Source of the DNA: an uncultured cyanobacterium
GTDB lineage: Bacteria; Cyanobacteriota; Cyanobacteriia; Cyanobacteriales; Cyanobacteriaceae
Assembly (NCBI GenBank): GCA_963749915.1
Contig: CAVVOP010000005.1
Location: 224,001-288,000 of the forward strand
Direction of reading: 5' to 3'
Length of the DNA stretch: 64,000 nt
Part shown: one piece after another, positions 1 to 9,871 of the stretch
Layout of the letters: each line of letters opens with the position of its first letter
Numbering within the stretch: the stretch's first letter is position 1
Translations under genes and position numbers: made by a program
Notes under the pieces: model-generated
The model's database searches: none
What the model was told of the DNA's origin: nothing
The model's input: the letters and a program-made list of their open reading frames with translations, nothing else

Positions 1-448
1 CGATTACTCCCGTAGCTAATTGTTTATTGTAGCCATAACGAAGCATAATCGGTAAAGAAATTAAACCCATAGCCACAACAGTAGCCGCCACAACTCCAGT
101 GGTGGCCGCCAATAATGCCCCAACGACGACAACAGCTAGGGCTAATCCCCCCCTCATTCTGCCGAATAAAATACCCATTGTTTCTAGTAATTTTTCGGCG
201 ATACCCGTGATTTCTAACATTGACCCTAAAAAGATAAAATAGGGAATAGCGAGGAGGGTATAGTTAGACATGACACCAAAAATTCGCGAAGGCATAGCAC
301 TGAAAAAAATAGGATCAAAAACTCCTAATATTGAACTGATAATGGCAAAAATCAGTGCCACTCCTCCGAGGGAAAAAGCGACGGGATAACCTAATGACAA
401 AAATAGTAATGCCACCACAAACATTAATATTCCTAACCAATCGTACAT
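1..448 (-). CDS. dctM: TRAP transporter large permease subunit (5' part; runs off window start)
   Basis: Manual translation [29 protein letters not shown]...[15 protein letters not shown]...[29 protein letters not shown] matches the DctM signature; alternative in-frame ATG at 469. Confidence 0.85.
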   Translation of the reverse strand, partial: MYDWLGILMFVVALLFLSLGYPVAFSLGGVALIFAIISSILGVFDPIFFSAMPSRIFGVMSNYTLLAIPYFIFLGSMLEITGIAEKLLETMGILFGRMRGGLALAVVVVGALLAATTGVVAATVVAMGLISLPIMLRYGYNKQLATGVI

Positions 449-599
449 AAGTTCATCGAATACTCTCATCACTAACCTATCGGTTATATCATTATTGCCG
501 ATGATTTTTTGTTAAGAATATCATCTACAGGACTAGCAAACAGCAATTACACCCAATACTGCTCGGAAGCGTGCCAAAAAGGTTACTGTGAGGGAAATT

Positions 600-630
600 C
601 AGAATTCAAAATTCAAAATTCAAAATTCAG
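600..630. repeat. Short tandem 7-mer repeat (AAATTCA)n, STRR-like
   Basis: agaattcaaaattcaaaattcaaaattcag seen directly. Confidence 0.7.
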
Positions 631-693
631 ATGAGTTATAATTTCTGTGACACAATTTAAACTCTTACACTAATAATTAGAAGAATTAAGTCT

Positions 694-1233
694 ATGGCTA
701 ATAATTTTAGGGAATGGTCAAAGATTACAGAACAAATACAAAAAAAATCCGTAAACTCTCCTTCATTATGGGATACTCCTCCAGAGGAAGAACAAAAAAA
801 TATTGAGAAAATAAAGAAACAATGGCAGAAAAAACAACATCGAGAATTTAAACGTATTCGCCATGAAGAATCCCAAAATAAAAATATTAAGGTTATTGTT
901 TCTAGTTTCCTTGGTGTAACTTTAATTGCCTTGGCTTTTCCTCATCTTGCTAATTGGTGGCAAATGAAACATAATAGCGTCACGGAATTATCACCTGAAG
1001 AAACACCAGAGGATGGTGGTAAAAAAGGCGGATTTTTAAATAAATTAAAGGCTTTAAAGGAAGACGAAGAAGGAGAAACCAATTCACAAAAACCGCAAGA
1101 AAAAAAAGCGGGTATAGGCGAACAATTAGAGGAAAGTATTGATAGTATAAAACAAAATAGGGATAATTTGAAAAAAGCGATTGATCTTTCCGATGGTAAA
1201 GAAATTAATTTGGAAAGGGAAAAAAATAAATAA
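694..1233 (+). CDS. Hypothetical protein with one TM helix and charged flanks
   Basis: 179-aa ORF; hydrophobic stretch VIVSSFLGVTLIALAF. Confidence 0.6.
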   Translation: MANNFREWSKITEQIQKKSVNSPSLWDTPPEEEQKNIEKIKKQWQKKQHREFKRIRHEESQNKNIKVIVSSFLGVTLIALAFPHLANWWQMKHNSVTELSPEETPEDGGKKGGFLNKLKALKEDEEGETNSQKPQEKKAGIGEQLEESIDSIKQNRDNLKKAIDLSDGKEINLEREKNK

Positions 1234-1305
1234 ACCAGACCTAATTAATTTTTTCAGCAAATCCTAATTAACAATCAAATTTGTAACTCAAAATCCAATC
1301 AATTG

Positions 1306-1563
1306 ATGGCTGACTCAATCATGTATCAAGAAGATGGTTATGTGGTGTTAGAAACCAATCAACCAGAGGAATTAATGACAGAATCGGAGTTGTTGAAGAA
1401 AATAGAGGCAGTTTTGATGAATCAGTCAGATTTACCCCCTGATATAGCCAAATTTGATTCTATTGCTCAACAAGCGGAATATTTATTACACAATTACTGT
1501 GAATTTAATGCCGATGATAATAACTATTTACAATGGTATGTGGTGCGTTGGGAAAAAAGATGA
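1306..1563 (+). CDS. Chlororespiratory reduction protein 7 (CRR7) family, NDH-1 assembly factor
   Basis: MADSIMYQEDGYVVLE...LQWYVVRWEK resembles cyanobacterial CRR7; ATG at 1306. Confidence 0.75.
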   Translation: MADSIMYQEDGYVVLETNQPEELMTESELLKKIEAVLMNQSDLPPDIAKFDSIAQQAEYLLHNYCEFNADDNNYLQWYVVRWEKR

Positions 1564-2018
1564 CTTGTTTTACTAATTTTGCCATTACTTTTTCACCTCT
1601 TTCCGTTGCCGAAGTTTATCAATTAGCCAATAATGCTTCTAATGGTGCGATCGTATTTATGAGTGGTACGGTGAGAAATCGAACGGAAGGAAAACCGGTT
1701 AAATATTTAGAATATCAGGCTTATGAACCGATGGCCATAAAAGTTTTTCAACAAATAAGCGATAGTATTATGCGAAAATGGCAAGACACCAATACCATCA
1801 TCATTCATCATCGTATCGGTAAACTAAAAATAGGAGACATTAGCGTCTTGGTCGCCGTAGGTTGTCCCCATCGAGGAGAAGCCTTTTCCGCTTGTCGCTA
1901 TGCCATTGATACCTTAAAACACAACGCCCCTATTTGGAAAAAAGAATATTTCGAGGATGGTGCTAGTACTTGGGTTAGTATTGGATCTTGTCAAGAATTG
2001 GCTATTAATTTAGAGTGA
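1560..2018 (+). CDS. moaE: Molybdopterin synthase catalytic subunit
   Basis: GAIVFMSGTVR, LEYQAYEPMA, HRIGKL, PIWKKE motifs; ATG at 1560 overlaps the upstream stop (ATGA). Confidence 0.93.
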   Translation: MTCFTNFAITFSPLSVAEVYQLANNASNGAIVFMSGTVRNRTEGKPVKYLEYQAYEPMAIKVFQQISDSIMRKWQDTNTIIIHHRIGKLKIGDISVLVAVGCPHRGEAFSACRYAIDTLKHNAPIWKKEYFEDGASTWVSIGSCQELAINLE

Positions 2019-2191
2019 GTGAGGGAAAGCAGGAGGATAAGTAGAAGGGAGAGGCTAGTGGCAGAATGCAGAATTAAGAATGTAGAATGAAAAGCCTCTA
2101 ATTTTCAAGACTTATACGAATTTAAACCCCCGTTTTATTTAGGGACTTTTCCGCCATTATATTGTTAATTTCTCCAAACCCCGAAATAACC

Positions 2192-3646
2192 CTAATTATC
2201 TACCTCTAAAAAGCCGTTGTAAGCTTCCATACCATGTTCGCCAATATCTAAACCTAAGGATTCTTCTTCCTCAGAAACCCTTAAACCAAGACTAACTTTT
2301 AGTATATTCCAAAATAAAATACTCAAGAATATCATGGTAAAACCGACAGTAACAATACCCAGCAATTGAACTCCTAATAAATCTAAACTTCTGCTGATAA
2401 ATAACCCCGCTATTTCTGGATTATTTGTAATATTGCCATCAGCGAACAATCCTACCGCAATTGTACCCCAAATACCATTTACTAAATGCACGGACACCGC
2501 ACCCACAGGATCATCTATTTTTAAGCTATCTGAAAGGTAAACAGCGAAAACCACCAAAATTCCCGCTAATGCGCCAATAACTGTAGCGTTGGAGTAACTC
2601 ACCATCGAACAACTAGCGGTAATAGCCACTAATCCTGATAAAACACCGTTGATAGTTAGGGATAAGTCGGGTTTTCCTGCTAAAATCCAACTGCTAATGG
2701 TGGCAGTTATCGCCCCTGAAGCCGCTGATAAATTTGTGACTACGGCAATATAGGCAATATCTTCCCCTACCGCCATAGTTGAACCTGGATTAAAGCCAAA
2801 CCAACCAATCCAGAGAATAAAACACCCCAAGGTTGCTATACTGAGATTATGGCCGGGTAATGGTACTATACTGCCGTCTATCTGATACTTGCCTAATCTA
2901 GGACCTAATATAATCGCTCCCATTAATGCACACCAGCCGCCTACAGAATGTACTACAGTTGAGCCGGCAAAGTCATGAAATCCTGCTTTTTGTAACCAAC
3001 CCCCTCCCCAAATCCAATGACCAATAAGAGGGTATGCGATCGCCACTAAAAAAAAACTAAATAAGACGAAATCAATAAACTTAATTCTTTCCGCCACCGC
3101 TCCAGAGACGATTGTCGCCGCCGTGCCGGCAAAAGCCACTTGGAATAAGAATTTTGCTGCCAAAGGGACTCCCGTCCAACTCAAGGCTCTATAAACCCCC
3201 TCATAGGCTTCTCCCATAGCCGGGCTGTTATCGGCTCCTCCAAGGAAAAAGCCTTGTAATCCTATAATGTTATTTCCGTTACCGAACATTAAACCAAAAC
3301 CTACCACCCAAAAAGCAATAGTTGATATGGCAAAAACGATCAAATTTTTGGATAACATATTAACCGCATTTTTTCGGCGACAGAAACCAGTTTCCAGCAT
3401 GGCAAAACCAGCATTCATAAAAATTACTAAAACGGAAGCTAACACCACCCATAAAGTATCTAAACCAACTTTCAACTCTCCTGTAACTAATTGTAAATCT
3501 TGGGAAGGTTTTTGGGCATACACTGCATAACTAGAAGAAAGAAGCAAAATCGCACTTAAAAGGATACAACCTTGCCAACTAGACGATTTTTTTATTCTGT
3601 GAATAATTAATTTAACTTTTTTCTGCTTAGTTTTACTTTTGAACAT
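2192..3646 (-). CDS. amt: Ammonium transporter (Amt family)
   Basis: FMNAGFAMLETG, DFAGSTVVHSVGG, WIGWFGFNPGS, DDPVGAVSVH motifs. Confidence 0.95.
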   Translation of the reverse strand: MFKSKTKQKKVKLIIHRIKKSSSWQGCILLSAILLLSSSYAVYAQKPSQDLQLVTGELKVGLDTLWVVLASVLVIFMNAGFAMLETGFCRRKNAVNMLSKNLIVFAISTIAFWVVGFGLMFGNGNNIIGLQGFFLGGADNSPAMGEAYEGVYRALSWTGVPLAAKFLFQVAFAGTAATIVSGAVAERIKFIDFVLFSFFLVAIAYPLIGHWIWGGGWLQKAGFHDFAGSTVVHSVGGWCALMGAIILGPRLGKYQIDGSIVPLPGHNLSIATLGCFILWIGWFGFNPGSTMAVGEDIAYIAVVTNLSAASGAITATISSWILAGKPDLSLTINGVLSGLVAITASCSMVSYSNATVIGALAGILVVFAVYLSDSLKIDDPVGAVSVHLVNGIWGTIAVGLFADGNITNNPEIAGLFISRSLDLLGVQLLGIVTVGFTMIFLSILFWNILKVSLGLRVSEEEESLGLDIGEHGMEAYNGFLEVDN

Positions 3647-3673
3647 AATTCTCGTCTAAATTTAAACTTTATT

Positions 3674-3716
3674 ATTGTAGAGGATATAGCAGATAAAATT
3701 TGGCATCAATTTTTAC
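3674..3716 (-). promoter_or_regulatory. Putative NtcA-activated promoter of amt
   Basis: Minus strand GTA-AAAATTGA-TGC (near GTA-N8-TAC) at 3716-3703, a 23-nt spacer, then TACAAT -10 at 3679-3674. Confidence 0.6.
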
Positions 3717-3751
3717 AAATATTTGTTTAATTATTCTTTGAAAATATTCTT

Positions 3752-5383
3752 CTAAATTGGCTTATTGTAAATCATAATTAATTGCCTTTGAGGATTATAT
3801 ACCTCCACGGGAATATTATATTGTGTGCTGATATATTGATAGTTTTTCTCAACCTGATTAATATGGGTAATAATTTGCTTTTGTTGCTCATTATTATTAC
3901 TTAAGTTTGTTACCGCCGATAAGGAAGCGATTTTTTGTAAATATCTATCCTTTAAAAAAATTTTTACGCTTTCTTTACTAATATTAAAAGTGCAAATTTC
4001 CTCAATATTTATGCAGATATTATTTAATTCTTTTTTAATTTCCTCTCTTTTGACTGCTTGTTTCAATTCAGATTTCGCCATTTCCAGTTGTTTATTAGCG
4101 TTAGATTCTAAGTCATTTATTTCTTGTTTTACCAAAACTTCTCCAGGAACTTTTTTAAATAAAGAGATAGCTTCTTTCCAGAAAGAAACTGCTTTTGTCC
4201 ATTGATTATTATTCTGAGATTCTGTGGCTAATTTTATTTTTTCTTGAGCCTGATTTTTAATATTTAAAGCCGTTTTTTCCTTATTTATTTTATTTTGAAT
4301 CTGGATGAGTTGTTGTAAATAGTTATTTAAAGTTTTGTCTTTTTCCTGATAAGCATTAGTTTGGGCCGGAATCGACTCTATAGTTTTTATGGCTAATTGC
4401 CAATTTTGTTGTAAGTTTTCTAACCCTAATAAATCAGTAACTTTTCCTTGTTGATTTTCTATATCTATAGCCATATTTCTTCCTTTATTTAAGAGCTCAT
4501 CAGCTTTTTTTTCCTGAATAATTCTCTCATCAATTACTCTTAACTGATTATTATAATTGGCTAATTTATTCTGTTTTAAGGTGTCTAATTCTTCTAGGTT
4601 TATATTATTAAAAATTGCGATAGCTTCCTGGAAAAAACCTTTAACTCTATTCCACTCATCTAAAGATAAAGGAAGATTTTGACTAACAGTTTTAGCTGTA
4701 TTTACTGACTTTAAAGCAACTAATAAATTATCTAATTGTGTAACTTTATCTTGATAATCTTTAATTAATAAATTAGCATTTTCGTGATATCTTGACCAAA
4801 AAGGAATACCTTTTAAATCATTAATTCCGGCCATTAAACCTAACTGTAACTCTTTAATTTTTGCTTCTGTTAAATCCTCTTGAGACTGAGTTTCTAATAG
4901 GCTAGATACAGAATTCTCTGTGGTTGCTATTAACTCACAGTTACCCAAAACACAAGGACGAGTAAAATAATAAATACCGCCAATTGCTCCTAAAGAAATA
5001 ACTCCTAAAATAAAGAGGATAAAACTGACAGAAAAATTAGCAGAATTATATTTTTTACGCTCTTTTAATAACGATTGATTTTCTTTAATGATATTATTTT
5101 TAGTATCATTAGAAATAAAATAGATTTTATTAACATCGTCAAAACTGCGAATTAAAAAATCACCAATAATTTGATACTCATTAATTACCTCTTGAATTGA
5201 ATTAATAATGCTCTTTAAATTATTATCCTCAATATCACTAATTAAAATCACTAAATAATTTTCTTCCTTAAAACAGTTAATTTTAAAAGAGGAATCAAAG
5301 GTTAATTCCTCATTGATAACCTCATTAAATCTTGCTTTTAAAGTGTCATAATCCATATCATTACCGATGGCAGTTTTAATCAT
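3752..5383 (-). CDS. Hypothetical membrane-anchored helical-repeat (TPR-like) protein
   Basis: One TM followed by TRPCVLGNC; repeated W..AI..I..IP helical motifs. Confidence 0.65.
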   Translation of the reverse strand: MIKTAIGNDMDYDTLKARFNEVINEELTFDSSFKINCFKEENYLVILISDIEDNNLKSIINSIQEVINEYQIIGDFLIRSFDDVNKIYFISNDTKNNIIKENQSLLKERKKYNSANFSVSFILFILGVISLGAIGGIYYFTRPCVLGNCELIATTENSVSSLLETQSQEDLTEAKIKELQLGLMAGINDLKGIPFWSRYHENANLLIKDYQDKVTQLDNLLVALKSVNTAKTVSQNLPLSLDEWNRVKGFFQEAIAIFNNINLEELDTLKQNKLANYNNQLRVIDERIIQEKKADELLNKGRNMAIDIENQQGKVTDLLGLENLQQNWQLAIKTIESIPAQTNAYQEKDKTLNNYLQQLIQIQNKINKEKTALNIKNQAQEKIKLATESQNNNQWTKAVSFWKEAISLFKKVPGEVLVKQEINDLESNANKQLEMAKSELKQAVKREEIKKELNNICINIEEICTFNISKESVKIFLKDRYLQKIASLSAVTNLSNNNEQQKQIITHINQVEKNYQYISTQYNIPVEVYNPQRQLIMIYNKPI

Positions 5384-5424
5384 AGTGAATTTAACCAGTG
5401 AATCCTATTTAATTTTTATATAAT

Positions 5425-5724
5425 TTATTTATTTAAGGGAGATATAGTGCGAATTATTTTCAGAATGTTCAACAAAAAAATCTTCTGGCGTAACTCAGAA
5501 TTGATCTGAGGGGGAAAAGGACTTTTTTCTATTTCCTTTTGTAATGAAGCATATTCAGCCATGGTTAAAGGTTTATTATCGAAAGGCGATCGTGCTTCAG
5601 TAATAATTTCTGTTGCTAAAATTTCTTCAGGAATATCATCTTCAGGGGGTAAAGCCGACACCGAAAAATCAAGTATTAAAAGAGTCAATATTAAAGTTAA
5701 ACTGGCGAAAAAAAAGTTAACCAT
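5425..5724 (-). CDS. Small hypothetical protein with signal peptide
   Basis: N-terminal hydrophobic segment then ALPPEDDIPEEILATEIITEARSP, recalled as a cyanobacterial conserved motif. Confidence 0.65.
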   Translation of the reverse strand: MVNFFFASLTLILTLLILDFSVSALPPEDDIPEEILATEIITEARSPFDNKPLTMAEYASLQKEIEKSPFPPQINSELRQKIFLLNILKIIRTISPLNK

Positions 5725-5851
5725 AGGGTATTATAGCGATACTTAAGATCCATAAAAAAAAGCAGTAATCAAAAAAAAATTAATCTTGAGGAAATTTTAA
5801 GCTATATTATACTATTGATCAATCAACTACTGGGAAAGTAAGGAGGTAGCT

Positions 5852-6211
5852 ATTTCAGAACAACTAAATCTGACTGTTAGCCTTAGAGGTACTCGTGAAG
5901 TCAGAAAAAACTGTCAAATCTTTCATTTACTAGGGCAATTAGATGCCTTTTCTGAACCCACCTTCCAGAAGCTGATCTTGGGTTATGTCAAAGAAAGTGC
6001 TAATCAAATCATTTTAGATCTATCTCAGATTGATTTTATTGATAGTTCAGGATTAGGTGCTTTAGTTCGTATTGCGAAACATATTGATACCCTCAAGGGA
6101 AAACTGCAAATAGTCAGTAATCCGAGAGTAACCCAAACCGTGAAAATGGTGAGATTAGAGAAATTTCTTAAACTGAAAAATTCTCTTGATGAAGCACTAA
6201 AAGATATATAG
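5852..6211 (+). CDS. STAS-domain anti-sigma factor antagonist; probable ATT start
   Basis: LDLSQIDFIDSSGLGAL STAS motif; frame open upstream of 5978 (ISEQLNLTVSLRGTREV...GQLDAFSEP); AGGAGG at 5841-5846 then ATT at 5852. Confidence 0.8.
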   Translation: MSEQLNLTVSLRGTREVRKNCQIFHLLGQLDAFSEPTFQKLILGYVKESANQIILDLSQIDFIDSSGLGALVRIAKHIDTLKGKLQIVSNPRVTQTVKMVRLEKFLKLKNSLDEALKDI

Positions 6212-6324
6212 TAATTGCATTTGAACCTAGTTTCCAGCTTTGTTTGTCAAAAAAAAAGACGTTAGAATTACAAAATTTGCCTCCATCTAACTGCCGGAAT
6301 GAGGTTATTCCTTACTGGAAATTT

Positions 6325-6705
6325 ATGTTTAATAGCGAAATATCTGCTTCATCCTTGCAACAAATCCCTCCGGCGTCTTTTGCTTATATCGGTGATGCCG
6401 TATATGAATTATATATCCGTACTAGCTTTTTACTGCCCCCTAAGAAAATCTCAGACTACCATCATAAAGTAGTCGAAAAGGTTAGAGCTGAAACACAAGC
6501 TTGTTATTTACAAATTCTATACCCCCTCTTGACGGAAACGGAACTAAATTGGGTTCGTAGGGGTAGAAATTCCGTTAAGAAATCTCCTCGTCGTTTATCT
6601 TTACAAATCTATCAACAAGCTACTGGTTTAGAAACATTATTCGGATACCTATACATTTGCGATCGAGAAAGACTCTATTTTTTATTATCACAGATTAAAA
6701 TTTAA
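6325..6705 (+). CDS. mrnC: Mini-ribonuclease III
   Basis: FAYIGDAVYELYIR, RRGRN, YQQATGLETLFGYL; ATG 6325 preferred over TTG 6244. Confidence 0.88.
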   Translation: MFNSEISASSLQQIPPASFAYIGDAVYELYIRTSFLLPPKKISDYHHKVVEKVRAETQACYLQILYPLLTETELNWVRRGRNSVKKSPRRLSLQIYQQATGLETLFGYLYICDRERLYFLLSQIKI

Positions 6706-6731
6706 TTTACATAATTATAAATATATTACTT

Positions 6732-7862
6732 TTGGTTAGGGAAAATTTAATTTACTCTTTATTTCCCGCCGAATATCAATTACCAACTCTAAAAAGTATT
6801 ATGTTAAACAAACCATTTTTTGAACCTCCTTTGTTACTAAAAAATGGCCTATTAATGACTTTAAATATAGCTTTTAATTCTTCTGTAAATTGGCACAAAA
6901 ATCTTAATTTATCTCCATTAAATTATCAATCTGTCATCTTTCAAGGGTATCAAAATACTCCTATTTATGCCCAAGTAGCGATTCCGCAAAATGCTAAAAG
7001 TACAATTATTGCAACTTATGGTATAACAGGAGATTTAGAAAATCAGTGGTTTTTACAAATATTAGCTCATAAGGCTTTTAGCCAAAATCATGCCATAATT
7101 TTATTTGATTGGCGATGCCATGGTAAAACAGCAAAATTATCGCCAACGTTAACTTCTGATGGATTATATGAAGGAAAAGATTTTGTCTTAATTGCCGCCC
7201 AAGCTAAAAAAATGGGATGCCCGACACCTTTTTGTTTTATGGGTTATTCCTTAGGGGGAAAATTAGCCTTATGGGGCATGAATGAGAGTAGGTTTATTAT
7301 GGATAATAAAAATTATTCTGACTTAAAAGAGTCTGACATTAAAGGCTGTGCTGTAATCTGTCCTAGCTTAGATGCCAAAAAATCCCTACTTTATTTAATG
7401 AATCATCCTATTTATAAATATTTGGAAAAAGCTATTACTAAAAATCTCAAGAATTTAGCTTTATCTCTTCATAAATATTATCCAAAAGAGTTCGATGTAG
7501 AAGTAATAAATAATATCAATAGTATTTGGGATTTTGATCAAGAATTAGTCATTAAAAAGTTAAATTTTAAAACTGTTGAAGAATACTATCATGCCACTAG
7601 CCCATTAAATTTTTTACCCGATTTAAACAAATCTACATTTATTTTATATGCCCAAGATGATCCCTTATTTTGTCCGAGTATTCTACCTGAATTAATCAAC
7701 ATAGCTAATCAGAATTCGATGATTAATTTATGGTTAACTACCTATGGCGGTCATGTGGGTTATATTAGTAGCAAAAACTGTCAAAATTCTTGGCAGGATC
7801 AAGATCAATGGTATGCTTGGAATAGAATTTTAGATTGGTGGAGTTTACAAACTAGTCGATAA
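6732..7862 (+). CDS. Alpha/beta hydrolase, YheT-like
   Basis: GYSLGG nucleophile elbow, AQDDP, GGHVGY; start uncertain (ATG at 6801 possible). Confidence 0.85.
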   Translation: MVRENLIYSLFPAEYQLPTLKSIMLNKPFFEPPLLLKNGLLMTLNIAFNSSVNWHKNLNLSPLNYQSVIFQGYQNTPIYAQVAIPQNAKSTIIATYGITGDLENQWFLQILAHKAFSQNHAIILFDWRCHGKTAKLSPTLTSDGLYEGKDFVLIAAQAKKMGCPTPFCFMGYSLGGKLALWGMNESRFIMDNKNYSDLKESDIKGCAVICPSLDAKKSLLYLMNHPIYKYLEKAITKNLKNLALSLHKYYPKEFDVEVINNINSIWDFDQELVIKKLNFKTVEEYYHATSPLNFLPDLNKSTFILYAQDDPLFCPSILPELINIANQNSMINLWLTTYGGHVGYISSKNCQNSWQDQDQWYAWNRILDWWSLQTSR

Positions 7863-7974
7863 TTTCCTCTTATAACAGTGGAAAATGATGTCTTCTTCTT
7901 TTAATGTTAATAAAAGTAAAAGATATAAAACCAATTTTAAACATATTCTGTCGAATTAAGGAGCAAATAACAAC

Positions 7975-8433
7975 ATGGTGGCCAATAGAAGTAGAACTTT
8001 TTTAGCGGATTTTCGTGATTTTATCATGCGGGGCAATGTCATTGATTTAGCCGTGGCGGTTATTCTCGGAGGTGCATTTAATGGTATTGTCAATTCCCTT
8101 GTACAAGATATTATCACCCCTGCAATTTTATCTCCTGCCATCAAGGCCGCTGGAGTCGATAAATTATCAGATTTAAGCATTTCTGGCATTAAATATGGTT
8201 TATTTTTATCTTCTGTCATCAATTTTCTGGTTATTGCCTTTTCTATATTCTTGATTATCCGCAGTTTTGAGGCAATGAAAAGAAAATTTATCCGTCATCA
8301 AGAATTGGCAGCAGCAGCAGAAGCAACGGTAGAGGCGGAAGAAGTGAAACCAGAAATTTCGGCTCAGGAAAATTTAACTAAGGCCATTGAAACTCTCACG
8401 GAAGTAATTAACAATAAATCAATAAATAGTTAA
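7975..8433 (+). CDS. mscL: Large-conductance mechanosensitive channel
   Basis: FRDFIMRGNVIDLAVAVILGGAF, YGLFLSSVINFLVIAF. Confidence 0.95.
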   Translation: MVANRSRTFLADFRDFIMRGNVIDLAVAVILGGAFNGIVNSLVQDIITPAILSPAIKAAGVDKLSDLSISGIKYGLFLSSVINFLVIAFSIFLIIRSFEAMKRKFIRHQELAAAAEATVEAEEVKPEISAQENLTKAIETLTEVINNKSINS

Positions 8434-8462
8434 CAATAAGCAATGGACAATTAACAATCAAA

Positions 8463-8918
8463 TTAAAGTGCCTGAATCGTTTTTAAGGCTTCATCTACAT
8501 GGGCTTTAAAATCTAACATGGAATTGAAAATATGACGCACAATGCCTTCTTTGTCTATAACGTAAGTAACTCTACCGGGTAACACAAAAAGAGTGGCGGG
8601 GACATCAAATAGTTTTCTGACTTGGTTTTGAGAGTCGCTTAACAAAATAAATGGTAGTTGATATTTGCTAGCGAACTGTTGATGAGATGCCACGGAATCG
8701 CCGCTAATACCGATAACTTCAGCACCAGCATTGGTAAATACATCATAATTATCTCGAAAAGCACAGGATTCGGCTGTGCATCCTGGGGTGTCGTCTTTGG
8801 GATAAAAATAGATAACTACGGCTTTTTCACCGAGAAACTGACTCAAACTGACGTTTTCTCCTGTTGCTGAAGATAATGTGAAATCTGGTGCACGATCGCC
8901 TACTTTTAAACTTGCCAT
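8463..8918 (-). CDS. bcp: Peroxiredoxin Q / Bcp
   Basis: YFYPKDDTPGCTAESC motif. Confidence 0.92.
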   Translation of the reverse strand: MASLKVGDRAPDFTLSSATGENVSLSQFLGEKAVVIYFYPKDDTPGCTAESCAFRDNYDVFTNAGAEVIGISGDSVASHQQFASKYQLPFILLSDSQNQVRKLFDVPATLFVLPGRVTYVIDKEGIVRHIFNSMLDFKAHVDEALKTIQAL

Positions 8919-9002
8919 ATGATTGAAAATAAATTGCTGAATTGAATTAATTATAATAGAATAGTGTTTCCGTTTCTTTGAGTGGAGATAAAGATAAGTT
9001 TC

Positions 9003-9794
9003 ATGAATTTTACTTTTGCTTCGTTTTACCAGTTTTCGGTATTAGACAACCTCGTTGATTTACAGACTCAATTTTTACAATGGTGCAATGAAAGGCAAAT
9101 AAAAGGCACAATTTTAATTGCGAAAGAAGGAATTAACGCTAATATTGTTGGCAAAAAACAAGACCTAGAAATAGTAATTAATAGCATCAAAAAAACTCTA
9201 CGCTATGAAACATTAGAAATTAAATATGCCATAGTAGAAAGTATCCCCTTTCAAAGGATGAAAGTCAAAATTAAACCAGAAATTATTACCTTTGGGATCC
9301 CCGAAGCTGATCCCAATGTACAAGTTGGTACTTATGTTAAACCTAAAGATTGGAATGATTTAATATCCCAACCCGATGTAAAAGTTATTGATACTCGCAA
9401 TGAGTATGAAGTGAAAATAGGTACATTTAAAAACGCAGAAAATCCTCACATTGATTCTTTTCGAGAATTTAACGACTATATAGATAGTAATTTAAATCTG
9501 GAAAAACACGATAAAGTAGCCTTATTTTGTACAGGTGGAATCCGTTGTGAAAAAGTTACCGCTTTAATGTTAAGTAAAGGTTTTAAAGAGGTTTATCATC
9601 TTCAAGGAGGTATCCTTAAATATTTGGGAGAAATCCCCCCGGAGGAAAGTTTATGGGAAGGGGAATGTTTTGTTTTTGATGAGAGAGTTGCAGTTAAACA
9701 TGGTTTAGAAAAAGGCACTTATAAATTATGTCCTCAAACGGGCGAACCGATGTTACCCGAGTTGGATATAAAATTCATGGATAACGGTAGGTAA
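9003..9794 (+). CDS. trhO: Rhodanese-domain tRNA uridine(34) hydroxylase (UPF0176)
   Basis: GTILIAKEGIN, DTRNEYE, FCTGGIRCEK, CFVFDERV; start ATG 9003 or GTG 8982. Confidence 0.88.
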   Translation: MNFTFASFYQFSVLDNLVDLQTQFLQWCNERQIKGTILIAKEGINANIVGKKQDLEIVINSIKKTLRYETLEIKYAIVESIPFQRMKVKIKPEIITFGIPEADPNVQVGTYVKPKDWNDLISQPDVKVIDTRNEYEVKIGTFKNAENPHIDSFREFNDYIDSNLNLEKHDKVALFCTGGIRCEKVTALMLSKGFKEVYHLQGGILKYLGEIPPEESLWEGECFVFDERVAVKHGLEKGTYKLCPQTGEPMLPELDIKFMDNGR

Positions 9795-9797
9795 TTA

Positions 9798-9833
9798 ATA
9801 ATGGGTAATGAGTAATAGGTAATAGGTAATGGG
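9798..9833. repeat. Short tandem 7-mer repeat (TAATRRG)n
   Basis: taatgggtaatgagtaataggtaataggtaatggg. Confidence 0.7.
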
Positions 9834-9871
9834 TGAATCGAAAGATATTTTCTCTGTTAATTGTTAACGGC

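Noticed and set aside
1533..1559. Upstream extensions of ORF-track starts (moaE 1533; also 6244 and 27240)
   Set aside because: The extensions overlap or abut neighbouring genes and lack family-like sequence; downstream ATGs fit better.
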